64,000 nucleotides of DNA from Octopus sinensis (taxonomy: Eukaryota), in contig NC_042998.1 of assembly GCF_006345805.1 (NCBI RefSeq), positions 63,984,001-64,048,000 on the forward strand, in the 5' to 3' direction. Under the pieces are notes generated by a model. It did no database searches and was not told where the DNA came from. It was given only the letters and a program-made list of their open reading frames with translations. Positions 27,030 to 38,363 of this stretch are shown here, piece after piece. Every line of letters begins with the position of its first letter. The stretch's first letter is position 1. The position numbers and the translations under genes are program-made.

Positions 27030-28440
27030 ATTATCAAAATGTACAAGTGTCAATTCATTAAGGTCATTTCAGGCGACTCCTTTATTTTGATTAATGAAAA
27101 AATTACATCATTTGAAAGAAACCGTTCTCGGCAGATGACTGTATAGACTTCAAACATAAAGGGCACAAGGATTTTCCTTAACATATTCACATCAATAATG
27201 GAACTCAAAATATTTACATTGTTTCTTTAATCACACCTGTGGTCGAATGAGTTTAGAAACTAATGCCTACCTTGCTAAGTCTGCTAACATTTAAAGAGTA
27301 GCAGAAGAAATATTGAGTCAGGATAAAAAGATTGGTGACCTAGTTACTTATATTTAGAAGACTTTTGTAGAATGTAGTCTTCAACCATTTAGAATCAAAT
27401 CCATATGGAGTTGTCTACTGTAATCTAATGGTGATAAATCAATTAGAGTCAGACAATCTACTAGACTGTCATTGAACTATCATTATCTAGCTTTATCTAC
27501 ACAAAAATATAGGGGCTAGGGTTAGTAAAAAGGGAATGCATGATGGGGTAGGAGTGATAACTGGAAGAAAGAAGGATGGGTGTGGCCATTGCGTATTTTG
27601 ATTATAAAATGAAAAACCAAAAGGAGAAGTAATATAAACTTTAGCGTAGAATTAAGTATTGAAGGATACAGGAGGTAGCAAATTTATATTAAAGTGAGAA
27701 AATTTAACTCAATATATAGAAGAAGGATAGAAATTGAATTTAAAATCTAATATCGGGATATTTTAATCTAAAAAAACAAACCATTAAGATTTCCTGAACA
27801 TAGTGTATAGAAGATAATGATAAAGCATTCTATAATGAATATATAACAGAATTAAGATATCATATGAATAGAAATTCATAGTAAACTAATAGAAGAACTA
27901 TTCTCTTCATTATGGGTGGCTAAATATAAGATACCGTAAGAGATGGTATCCTACAAACACAACGCATGGAATGCATAACTATTTAGTAACATCGACGAAA
28001 ACATATTGTGTTAAAAACCAAGAATGGAAAATACCCTGAAATCATACAAAATAATCGAATGCGAAAGTAAATAAACATCCTCAAAAATTAACATCTCAAA
28101 GCTACCAAGTAAACACGGAAAAGAAGTTTAGATGTGTCGCCAGTGTATTTGTTGCGGATGTTCCTGCAAACGTATTAAGAATACATGAAAGTTTCTACTA
28201 TAAAAAAAACATACTAGTTCATTAAATGAGAATGAGATTAACGTTTCATCAACAACAAATATGAACAAGACAAAAAGCAAACCCAGTGAACATTTGGACA
28301 AATGCTCAACAACTAAATGTCACACATTCCTAGTCTTCCTTCTTTATCAAAGAGCTGCATATTCTACAGACCGAACAGAAATATGAAAAATGCATTTATT
28401 AAAATATACAGACCATAGTTAAACAGGCTATAAAAACACA
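27030..28440 (+). mobile_element. Degenerate Penelope-like element (N-terminal piece and GIY-YIG endonuclease)
   Basis: LTFHQQQI...SEHLDKC at about 28220-28310 parallels CTLHRQQI...SEHIEKC of the 34623 ORF. 27035-27480 aligns by eye with the reverse complement of 32400-32860. Confidence 0.6.
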
Positions 28441-28635
28441 AATAACACTGTGTCATACAATTTTAATATTTTTATCTTTTGTCAGTATTATTTTCTATTT
28501 GTTTTTATCTAGAAATCACTTTAGACTTTGCTTTTGTGACCTGGACATAAAGAATTTTGAAACTGACCAGTTTTCCATTACATTTCAAACAGATTCAGCA
28601 CTTTTTTGCTAAGACAGAAATACCTTTATACCAAA

Positions 28636-28770
28636 TATTATGCTCAAATCACAGATTTGCTTGTCAGTTGCTTGACCTTAGAAACGTGAGCATGTCCCTT
28701 AGTGGCTAAGAATTTATGTATCTCTCATCGTGAGCAGGAGTAGTGAAAGAGTATCATAGCTATGGGGTAA
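28636..28770. repeat. Unclassified interspersed repeat, second copy at 55805-55930
   Basis: Shared cacagatttgcttgtcagttg.ttgacc...gcatgtcccttagtggct. Confidence 0.75.
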
Positions 28771-29784
28771 CTGTTGCTGCCCAAGAACAAAAATCATGCT
28801 ACACATTACTACATATAATTCATCATGTACTCTGACTAGTTTTTACAGGTGTTTAAAAATTCCTTTTAACGAATGTGAATTATATCTTTCTAGAATTTCA
28901 TTAATTACATTTTCATTTTATGCATACCAAATTTCAGTTTCCTTCATTTCATTCTCACAGATTTTCATTCTGTCTTCTTTATCGATCCTCATGTGTGAAT
29001 GAATGTGCGTATCTGATTAACAGAACATAACTTCTTTGTTTCTCTGCCAGTCTCTGCTTCTTTATGCTTACTCTGTGAATACAACATATTCAATGGATGT
29101 TTATTTTTATTCACCAGATACTTGTCAGCAATTTTCGAATGCAGTTATTAATCAATTATGTACTGGAAATAAGATGGAAAATAACTTTTCTTTTTTCACT
29201 GAAAATAATTGTGTACATTTGCAAGATTGTAAAAAAAATGAATTATTTACTAAAGTTGTATGTATAACACCAAAGAGCTACCACACCGTGTACAAATAAT
29301 ATACATACATACATATATATATAGAGAGAGATGTTACTTGATACAGTCAAAAACTTAAACAGCCTTAGGTTTAGGTGCGCCTTCCCCCTTTCAGAGCTAT
29401 TGTCATGTGATATATGCACAAAACAAAAATAAAAATAAAAAAAGATTAGTATAATCTTTTATAGTTTTTATAATAATTCTTCTCTCAAAAATTTTCTTAC
29501 ATTTATATATTTTGTATCTTATATCCTTATTCTTATATTTATAAATCTTATATCTTATATCCTTCTATCGTAATATTTTATAGAAACTTAGATTTTATAT
29601 GGCTTATTAATACTTTGACAGTTTAAAAACATTTCATATATCGCCCTGTGTACTGTGAACCTAAATTTATTATATATTTATTACACATTATATTTCGTAA
29701 ACTCTTATATTTTACGTTGTTTTCATATCTTTGTATACATATAATTTATACCTTATAAAAAGAAAAAAAAAATATATATATGTA

Positions 29785-32010
29785 TTTTTTTTCCTTTTCT
29801 AGTTTCAGCTCAGAGCTGCGGCCATGCTGATGCACTGTCGTTTGTGCTACACTGTTATTGCGACGAACCTCGTCTAATATGTGGCACTTGGCGAAGAATG
29901 GAGTTTGATACAGCTACTCTCATTTGCACCTCTTGCCGTGAGATAGGTTCATCTGGGACTCTCGACAGGAAGATGTCCAGCTTTGATTTAAAAACTGCTA
30001 CATCTACTTTGTGCAAGGTCCTCAGACTCTTTGGGAGAATATTAAAAAGATGTGGGCCCTTGAAACCCAGGCTGTTGCAGAAGCTGGTCCTGTACCGTGA
30101 TGGCATTGCTGGGATCTTGGGCACTATGCAGTGCCGTCCCGTTCTAGCATTGGTGTAGCTTACAATGCCAAAATTTAGCACAATTCCTTCCAGGATCTTC
30201 CAGATATATATTACTGCATACTTCTCCCGTCTTCTCTCCAGTGAGTAGAGTCTTAGCTGTTTCAACCTTTCCCAGTAGCTGAGCTGTTGCAAAGAGACGA
30301 TATTCTTTGTGAATCTTCTCTGGATTGCTTCAAGGTCCGCTGTTAATTTTACAGTGGCGGGTGTCCATAGCTCTGAGCAGTAATCCAGGCGACTGAGGAC
30401 GAATGTCCGCAAGAGGACCATCATGGTTTCCTTATCTCTGGTTCTGAATGTTCTTAGGATCCACCCAGCCAGTCGTCTGCACTTTGTCGCCATCCTGGTA
30501 ATGTGCTCTTGGAAAGAGGTATCATCACTCATGTCGATACCCAGGTCCCTCACAGACTTAGGCTATGGGATTGAAATTCCCTGTGGACCGGTGTATCCTG
30601 TAAGTTTAATATTCAGTTTTGGATGATGGTAGCACAGAGCCTGGAATTATTCAGCATTAAACTGCATATTATTATCCTCAGCCCATCTGTAGATTGAGTC
30701 CAACTCCTGCTGCAGGTGTGCAACATCGCTGGGGTTCTGTATTTTCTGCGTGACTTTCGTATCGTCTGTATAGCTGGCCAGAGTGGCTATCCGGGCATTT
30801 GAGGGCATATCTGAGAGGTCCATTATAAAAAGCAGTAGTCCCAAGACAGTGCCCTGTGGAACACCGCTCACTATTTGTGTGTTCATAGAGGTGGCTCCAT
30901 TAACCACTACTGCCTGACTCCTATCTTTCAGGAAGTCATGCAACCACACTCCAAGTTTTCCAGCTATGCCGACGTCACGTAGTTTGTGGCATATCATACC
31001 ATGATCCACCTTGTCAAAAGCTTTTGCAATATCAAGGTAGATTACGTCCACATTTGATTTGTTGAGTAACTGCCTCAACACCCAGTCATAATGCTGTAAG
31101 AGCTGGGTCAGGCAGCACCTACCTGGTCGAAAACCATGCTGGGTATTACTCTGCAAGTTATTTTCCTCAAGGAATGCGATTAGTTTCTTTCTGACTATCC
31201 TTTCCATGACTTTGCTGATGTGTGAAGTCAGAGAGATATGCCTATAGTTTTTTGCATCTGCTCTACTTCCCCCTTTATGTATTGGACATATTATTCCCTC
31301 CTTCAGCTTGCTTGGCAGTTTGCCATTCGCAAGAAAGCTCTGGAAGAGAATCGTGAAGGGTTTTGCCAGGGCATACTTACACGCGTTGAGGAGGATGGCT
31401 GGGAAACTGTCTGGACCAGCAGCTGAGTTTGTGTCCACTTCACGTATGGCTAGTAGGTCATCTTTTTCGCTAATGTGAATACATTCTATTGTAACCGACT
31501 CGCTGGTTATAGGTGAGGCGGCAAAGAAGTCCACTGGTTCGTTTACTTGTCTGTGTTCCAACGGGGAGGTAAAGACACTTTTGAACTGGTCATTCAGCAT
31601 CTCGCTGATCATAGTTGGACTGTCTGTGAGGGAGCCATCCTTTTGGAGGAGGGGTCCTATCTTGTAGTGCACTGAGACTGTTTCTTTCGCGTAATGAAAG
31701 AAGGCCTTTGGGTTTGATTTAATGTTTTTTATAACCCAGGCTTCTTTGTCTGCTTTCTCTTTCACATAGGATTGTTGCAGCCTTTTTTCGATCTCCATCA
31801 GTGTTGTTTTTAGGCGGGACGTTTCGCTACTTTTGGGATGTTGGCTGAGACGATTTGCAACCTTCGTCCGTCGTCTCATGAGGATCTTCCATTCTCTTGG
31901 AATCTTGCTCCTATTTGTTTTGGCCTTGTGCTCTGGGACATATTTCTGGCATACGAATTGCACAGAAGACATGAAACATTCTAGTTTCACGTCAATGTCT
32001 GGTGTGGAGA
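29785..32010 (-). mobile_element. 5'-truncated CR1-group LINE (reverse transcriptase to 3' tail)
   Basis: ORFs 31990-30647 and 30553-29855 are in one frame, separated by two stops (30647-30649, 30563-30565). Motifs AAGPD, PIHKGG, NYR.ISLTS, QHGFR, YLD.AKAFD, GVPQGTVLG, YTDDTK. Short 3' UTR with stem-loop and A-rich tail; TA array on both flanks. Confidence 0.95.
29855..31990 (-). pseudogene. LINE ORF2 reverse-transcriptase pseudogene, about 710 codons with two in-frame stops and no frameshift seen
   Basis: The 94 nt between the two supplied ORFs translate as *FQALCYHHPKLNIKLTGYTGPQGISIP*PKS, in frame with both. Confidence 0.9.
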
Positions 32011-32399
32011 GACATATATATATTCTTTTTATTTATATTTTTATGTTTTATTCCTTTATATATTCAAAGTTTTATAGCCTAAATTTCCAGTGGCAATTTA
32101 TACTTTTTTTCATGAAATTCTTTATATACTGAAATCTTATATTATTATGTATTATACGTTATCTCCTTATTTATTTATACCTGAAATTCTTTTCTAGCCT
32201 TTATCTATACATTTATATATTGCCTTAAGGGTATAAGTAAACTAAGATAAAATTTTACTGTCCCCTTTCTCTCTTAACTTATACTCCACCCATAATCCTT
32301 TAAGAGTTATTCAATTAAGCAATTGATATTCCTCCCGTTTCTTAGCGATCACTATGCCCTTTTTTTTCAATTATCATCACTCACCTATCAAATATTGTC

Positions 32400-32860
32400 G
32401 TTCGCCACGCCAGAAATTATCCTATGGTGTTGATATAGCCAGATGCAAAGTTCAGTTTTCTAATGGTCTGTCATGATAGTAACTAATTTATAGCTTCCTA
32501 ACTATTTTATTTTATTAGATATTTTGAAGACTATATTCTCCCTATAGTTTCGAAGTGTAGGTAACGGGGTCACTAGTCTCATTTAAACTACATCTTTGGC
32601 CTATGTTAATTTCTAGTTTGTCTGTCGCTATATAGTTCCTTTTTTAAATTCTGTTAAATAAAATTCAAGCGGAATCCTTGTAAATATTTGCTCTCACTTG
32701 GTGTGAATATGTTCCAGTATCTAACTTATCCATTACGCTTGAAGGGTTGGCAGTCATCAGATAAGAACGGTTTCTTCGGAAAGAGGATAGTGCTTTCATT
32801 GATCAATAAAAAGAGTCGCTTGAAACGGCCGTAATGAATTGACACTTTACATCTGTTTTA
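32400..32860 (-). mobile_element. Fragment homologous to 27035-27480 (probable PLE N-terminal region)
   Basis: aagtgtcaattcatta.gg...tca.gcgactc and gtgacc..gttac.ta blocks are shared between the two loci. Confidence 0.5.
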
Positions 32861-32872
32861 CTCATATTCTAA

Positions 32873-33255
32873 CAATTTAATTTCTAAAAACATGGATTAC
32901 GCTGTCGCTTAGCAACCAAACTCTTATTGGAATTTACATACCATGGATAAAAAGCATTTCGCTTCTATACAACACTTCCTTTGAACTGCAAATCTAAGGT
33001 CTGGTATATATATTTTTACTTTGCTTTTTCTTCTCTAATTTCCCTTCACACTTCCTACATGCATCCTTTTCAAAATAACTCCTTATATTGAACACTACTA
33101 TTTCCCTCCATTTACCTTTCTCATATTAACTCTGATATCCCAATTATCGCGGAAAGAGCTAAAGACGAACTTTCCTTCATTAAATGCGCTCTTTCTGCGA
33201 AACAAAGATTAGATTTCTTCCATCCATTCACATAAGGTATGGATTATCAATTACA
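32873..33255. mobile_element. PLE family B segment, inverted copy of about 35965-36355
   Basis: About 380 bp reverse-complement match, roughly 90% identical by eye. Confidence 0.85.
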
Positions 33256-33496
<241 letters not shown>

Positions 33497-33498
<2 letters not shown>

Positions 33499-33728
33499 TG
33501 GGTGGGTGTGTTTGTGTGTCTGTATTTCTCACCCACCAACATCGTTTGACAACCGATTGTGCTGTGTTTACGTCCCCGTAACACAGTAGTTCGGCAAAAT
33601 AGACCAATAGAATAAGTACTCGGCTTACGAAGAATAAGTTCTGGTGTCAATTTTCTCGACTAAATGCGGTGCTCCAGCATGGCCGCAGGCAAACGACTGA
33701 ACCAATAAAAGAGTAAAAGAGAGTAAAG
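33497..33728 (+). mobile_element. SINE family A 3' half
   Basis: gtttacgtccccgtaac...gtgctccagcatggccgcagg...gactgaacc followed by (taaaagag)n. Confidence 0.88.
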
Positions 33729-33751
33729 AGTATATATATATATATATATAT

Positions 33752-34229
33752 ATACTCTATTCAAAGCAGCAGAAAATTCAACAAAACCTGTTACTCTGAG
33801 TTTCCCGTTGCCGTTTGTCGGACAGTTTTAGGTAGAATGGAATCGATATGTGAATTCTATCGAGACTATTACAAACGCTACACCTTTAAAAAATGGACTT
33901 GTTTGATTGGCCCTTTAGAAATAACGGCCAAATTTTGAGCGATAAACAAAGATGAGTTAAAAAAATATTAAAAATATAAAAAATATAAAAATATATAAAA
34001 TATATATAAAAATGATAAAATTCGAGGAAAAAACTTATATTGAATAAAATACATATTGACCTAAATTAAGGAAATATAATTAATACATGGAACTTGAAAT
34101 GCATTAAAAATATGCACAGTAACAGGTTTTGTTGAATTTTCTGCTGCTCTAAATAAAGCATATTACTCTACCACTGGTATTTGAGTACTCTTTTTCCCAC
34201 CTTGTTTCACATTTATGTGTTTACTCCGG

Positions 34230-34230
<1 letters not shown>
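33752..34230. mobile_element. Short non-autonomous PLE-derived element with a 31-bp perfect internal inverted repeat and hammerhead-like motif
   Basis: 33765-33795 is the exact reverse complement of 34118-34148; flanked by TA arrays. Confidence 0.6.
33788..33825 (-). ncRNA. Degenerate minimal type I hammerhead-like motif
   Basis: Minus strand: ctgt-CCGACAA-a-cgg(caa)cgg-GAAA-ctc(a)gag-TA|acag. Stems I and III are intact; G8 and one stem II pair are mutated. Confidence 0.5.
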
Positions 34231-34261
<31 letters not shown>

Positions 34262-34263
34262 AT

Positions 34264-35120
34264 ATTGGTGAGAAAGTTGGTGTGTGAAAGCACGTGGTTG
34301 AATATATAGAAAATAGTAAAAAGTGAAAAAACTACAGAAGGCTTGTTTTAAAAGGTTAAAAAATATATATGTGAGTCATTATGTCTGAAGAATGTTATAA
34401 ATTTGTTTTCCTACAATGACATAGTTTTTGAAGAAATGACCGGTTTCGCGTTCAGTTTTTCAAATTTCTTACATCGTTATGTTTACGTTGAGGAGTGTGA
34501 AGGAGAGAGTTCCAGATAATGGGAGATAATAAGTGATTTCTTCCGGTGTAAGGGAGATAATCGCTTAATATTTCTTGCCTTTTTGGGGGAGTAAGTTTCT
34601 CTGTATAAGAATGTTGGAATGGTTAAGTTTGGGCGTGTATTTTTTCAATGAAGAATGTATCCTTGTTTAGTCTAATTTGTATTGGTGTTCCGATAGCACA
34701 TTGATAAAATGGAAAGATTAAAAATTGTGGTAGTAGTTGCTTTGCGCATTTCTCAATGTGCTCACTAAAGGGTATCATTCTGTATTCTGGGAATACAATC
34801 TGTTGTCGATGCAGTGTGCATCTACGTCTGAGTGATAGTCCCGTGGACCCCACATAGTTTTGGTGGCAGCCCGAGCATTTTATGACATAAATTATGTTTT
34901 CAGAGGCACAAGTAAAATTAGATTTGATCTTGAATTTCTGTACCTCTTTGAAGAGGAATTCTGATCCTTCTAGCAGGTTTGGCCATGTTGCACATTTCAG
35001 TCTACTACATTTTTTTACTTTTGAATCCATAATTTCAGAAAACAATTTTGCCTTTGCGAGAATCTTTTTAAAGTGATTTAGGTTGTTTGTAGCTTTTAAT
35101 GATTTGGTGTGTATTTAGAA
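34264..35120 (-). mobile_element. Penelope-like element family A 3' part (GIY-YIG endonuclease plus pseudo-LTR), left arm
   Basis: ORF 35045-34623: NFTCASENIIYVIKCSGCHQNYVGSTG...RCTLHRQQI...SEHIEKC, a GIY-YIG fold with the CxxC insert typical of PLEs. Confidence 0.9.
34431..34470 (-). ncRNA. Minimal type I hammerhead-like motif, U3/A8 variant (left arm)
   Basis: aagaaat-TTGAAAA-ac(tgaac)gc-GAAA-ccgGTC|atttctt. Confidence 0.55.
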
Positions 35121-35184
35121 TTTCCTTTAATTTGGGGTCCTTATGAAGTATTGGTAAATTCTGAATTTACCAATACTTCATATG

Positions 35185-35766
35185 ACATAATTTATGTCAT
35201 AAAATGCTCGGGCTGCCACCAGAACTACGTGGGGTCCACGGGACTACCACTCAGACGTAGATGCATACTGCATCGACAACAGATTGCATTCCCAGAATAC
35301 AGAATGATGCCTTTTAGTGGGCACATTGAGAAATGCGCAAAGCAACTACTACCACAATTTTTAATCTTTCCATTTTAACAATGTGCTATCGGAACACCAA
35401 CACAAATTAGACTAAACAAGGAAACATTCTTCATTGAAGAAAATACAAGCTCAAACTTAACCATTCCAACATTATTATACAGAGAAACTCACTCCCAAAA
35501 AAAGGCAAGAAATATTAAGCGATTATCTCCCTTACACCAGAAGAAATCACTTATTACCTCCCATTATCTGGAACTCTCTCCTTCACACTCCTCAACGTAA
35601 ACATAAAGATGTAAGAAATTTGAAAAGCTGAACGCGAAACCGGTCATTTCTTCAAAAACTATGTCATTGTAGGAAAAAAAATTATAACATTCTTCAGACA
35701 TAATGAATCAAATATATATTTTTGAACCTTTTAAAACAAGCCTTCTGTAGTTTTTTCACTTTTTAC

Positions 35767-35770
<4 letters not shown>
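35185..35770 (+). mobile_element. Penelope-like element family A 3' part, right arm (inverted duplicate of 34311-34897)
   Basis: IIYVIKCSGCHQNYVGSTG in ORF 35109-35378; about 587-bp arms, several percent diverged. Confidence 0.9.
35613..35652 (+). ncRNA. Minimal type I hammerhead-like motif, U3/A8 variant (right arm)
   Basis: aagaaat-TTGAAAA-gc(tgaac)gc-GAAA-ccgGTC|atttctt, with a 7-bp stem I and palindromic ACCGGT stem III, located downstream of the PLE ORF. Confidence 0.65.
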
Positions 35771-35804
<34 letters not shown>

Positions 35805-35810
<6 letters not shown>

Positions 35811-36847
35811 CAGACTAAATTATAATACCACTGATATTATTTTATTGGATTATGTGCAGGAGAATTTAAAAATCAATATACCACTCATTGGGACAAATGG
35901 AAACCTACGAAGGTATGAACATTGAAAGGTAACGAAACACTACATGCGATTAAATGGGAAGTAATTGAGAATCCATACATTATGTAAATGGATTGAAGAA
36001 ATCTAATCTTTGTTTCGCAGAAAGAGCGCATTTAATGAAGGAAAGTTCGTCTTTAGCTCTTTCCGCGATAATTGGGATATCCCATCATCAGAGGTAATAT
36101 GAGAAAGGTAAATAGAGGGAAATAGTAGTGTTCAATATAAGGAGTTATTTTGAAAAGGATGCATGTAGAAAGTGTAAAGGGAAATAAGAGAAGAAAAAGC
36201 AAAGTAAAAATATATATACCAGACCTTAGAGTTGCAGTTCAATTATCCAAAGGAAGTGTTGTATAGGAGCGAAATACTTTTTGTCCATGGTACGTAAATT
36301 CCGATAAGAGTTTGGTTGCTAAGCGACAGCATATTCCATATTTTTAGAAATTAGATGGTTAGTATGTAGTTGTAATATGACTTGAGATATATGTTGTTTG
36401 AGGCTAGTATTAGAGATGCATTTAATTTGTTGGAAGAAGCCGCTGTCAAGTGAGCGCTTAATTGCAATATGGAGCGTGGTTATTGAATATTTCTTCAGTG
36501 GATGATTGGTCAGATATACGAATCGATATACGCTTAATTATATTATCAACGGTGGAGTTGATGTGATTGGAATTAATGTTTAAGTACTCAGGGTACTGAA
36601 TAGGTTAGTGATATGGAATTTATCTGGCGGTTTCTAAGTTTAAAGTCACGTCTAAAAAATTACTAGTTTTGTGTGAATTTTTATAAGTAATATATAGTTT
36701 TACTTAGAGAGAAATTTGTGTAGATCTTTCTTAATTCGTTCTGAAAACGATTTACTAGAAAGCGTCATCTCGGTATAGATCTCCCTGGATGTTAGGGAAG
36801 TATATTCAGAGCTGATGGAGTAGGTATAGACAAAATAGGTCAGTGTC

Positions 36848-36848
<1 letters not shown>
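35805..36848. mobile_element. PLE family B composite: + strand GIY-YIG C-terminus (35806-36060) facing a minus-strand RT C-terminus and 3' region (36845-36080), copy 1
   Basis: Plus strand FIGLCAGEFKNQY...IKWEVIE...[10 protein letters not shown]; minus strand GDLYRDDA...NFLDVTLNL...NSNH...EEIFNNHAPY. Confidence 0.85.
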
Positions 36849-36909
<61 letters not shown>

Positions 36910-36920
36910 TATATATATAT

Positions 36921-37964
36921 ACATATCAGACTAAATTATAATACCACTGATATTATTTTATTGGATTATGTGCAGGAGAATTTAAAAATCAATATACCAC
37001 TCATTGGGACAAATGGAAACCTACGAAGGTATGAACATTGAAAGGTAACGAAACACTACATGCGATTAAATGGGAAGTAATTGAGAATCCATACATTATG
37101 TAAATGGATTGAAGAAATCTAATCTTTGTTTCGCAGAAAGAGCGCATTTAATGAAGGAAAGTTCGTCTTTAGCTCTTTCCGCGATAATTGGGATATCCCA
37201 TCATCAGAGGTAATATGAGAAAGGTAAATAGAGGGAAATAGTAGTGTTCAATATAAGGAGTTATTTTGAAAAGGATGCATGTAGAAAGTGTAAAGGGAAA
37301 TAAGAGAAGAAAAAGCAAAGTAAAAATATATATACCAGACCTTAGAGTTGCAGTTCAATTATCCAAAGGAAGTGTTGTATAGGAGCGAAATACTTTTTGT
37401 CCATGGTACGTAAATTCCGATAAGAGTTTGGTTGCTTAGCGACAGCATATTCCATATTTTTAGAAATTAGATGGTTAGTATGTAGTTGTAATATGACTTG
37501 AGATATATGTTGTTTGAGGCTAGTATTAGAGATGCATTTAATTTGTTGGAAGAAGCCGCTGTCAAGTGAGCGCTTAATTGCAATATGGAGCGTGGTTATT
37601 GAATATTTCTTCAGTGGATGATTGGTCAGATATACGAATCGATATACGCTTAATTATATTATCAACGGTGGAGTTGATGTGATTGGAATTAATGTTTAAG
37701 TACTCAGGGTACTGAATAGGTTAGTGATATGGAATTTATCTGGCGGTTTCTAAGTTTAAAGTCACGTCTAAAAAATTACTAGTTTTGTGTGAATTTTTAT
37801 AAGTAATATATAGTTTTACTTAGAGAGAAATTTGTGTAGATCTTTCTTAATTCGTTCTGAAAACGATTTACTAGAAAGCGTCATCTCGGTATAGATCTCC
37901 CTGGATGTTAGGGAAGTATATTCAGAGCTGATGGAGTAGGTATAGACAAAAGAGGTCAGTGTCG
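36921..37964. mobile_element. PLE family B composite, copy 2 (tandem duplicate, offset 1116 bp)
   Basis: Only two substitutions noticed versus copy 1; TA arrays at both boundaries. Confidence 0.9.
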
Positions 37965-37990
37965 TATATATATATATATATATATGTATG

Positions 37991-38021
<31 letters not shown>

Positions 38022-38209
38022 TTGTGTGTGTATGCGTGTGTGTATTAGTAAATTATTTACTTCTATTCTATTCTGACGAAATAGAGACGTGTTGAGGTGG
38101 ACAATGTAATTCGATTCGTATATATTTGTGGATATTTTGTATGCATTCGTATTTATGCGTGTGCATTTGTATGGGTATGTATAAATATTCCCATTTATTA
38201 CTGTCGGTA

Positions 38210-38268
38210 TATTCTACTGACGAAGGAAGTGTCATTACACTTACCCAGAAATTGATCAATCTAGGATA
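38210..38268 (+). ncRNA. Type I hammerhead-like motif, slightly degenerate
   Basis: tattcta-CTGACGA-a-ggaagtgt(catt)acacttacc-ca-GAAA-ttgatcaa-TC|taggata. 7-bp stem I, palindromic ATTGATCAAT stem III, extra bases before GAAA. Confidence 0.6.
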
Positions 38269-38363
38269 ATCCGAATTATTTTATGAATTTTTGGTTTGTC
38301 CACTTTCCCCGCACTCAGCATGCGTATATTGAAGCGAATCTCATAGTGGTTAGTATGTATGTA

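Noticed and set aside
28535-28575. gaaactg-ac-cagtt stem-III-like motif downstream of the 27-28 kb PLE
   Set aside because: No CUGANGA core and no stem I.
36051-36098. Minus-strand CTGATGA-tgggatatccc half hammerhead (also in the duplicate near 37170-37214)
   Set aside because: Stem I does not close and the GAAA half appears replaced by the inverted GIY-YIG segment.
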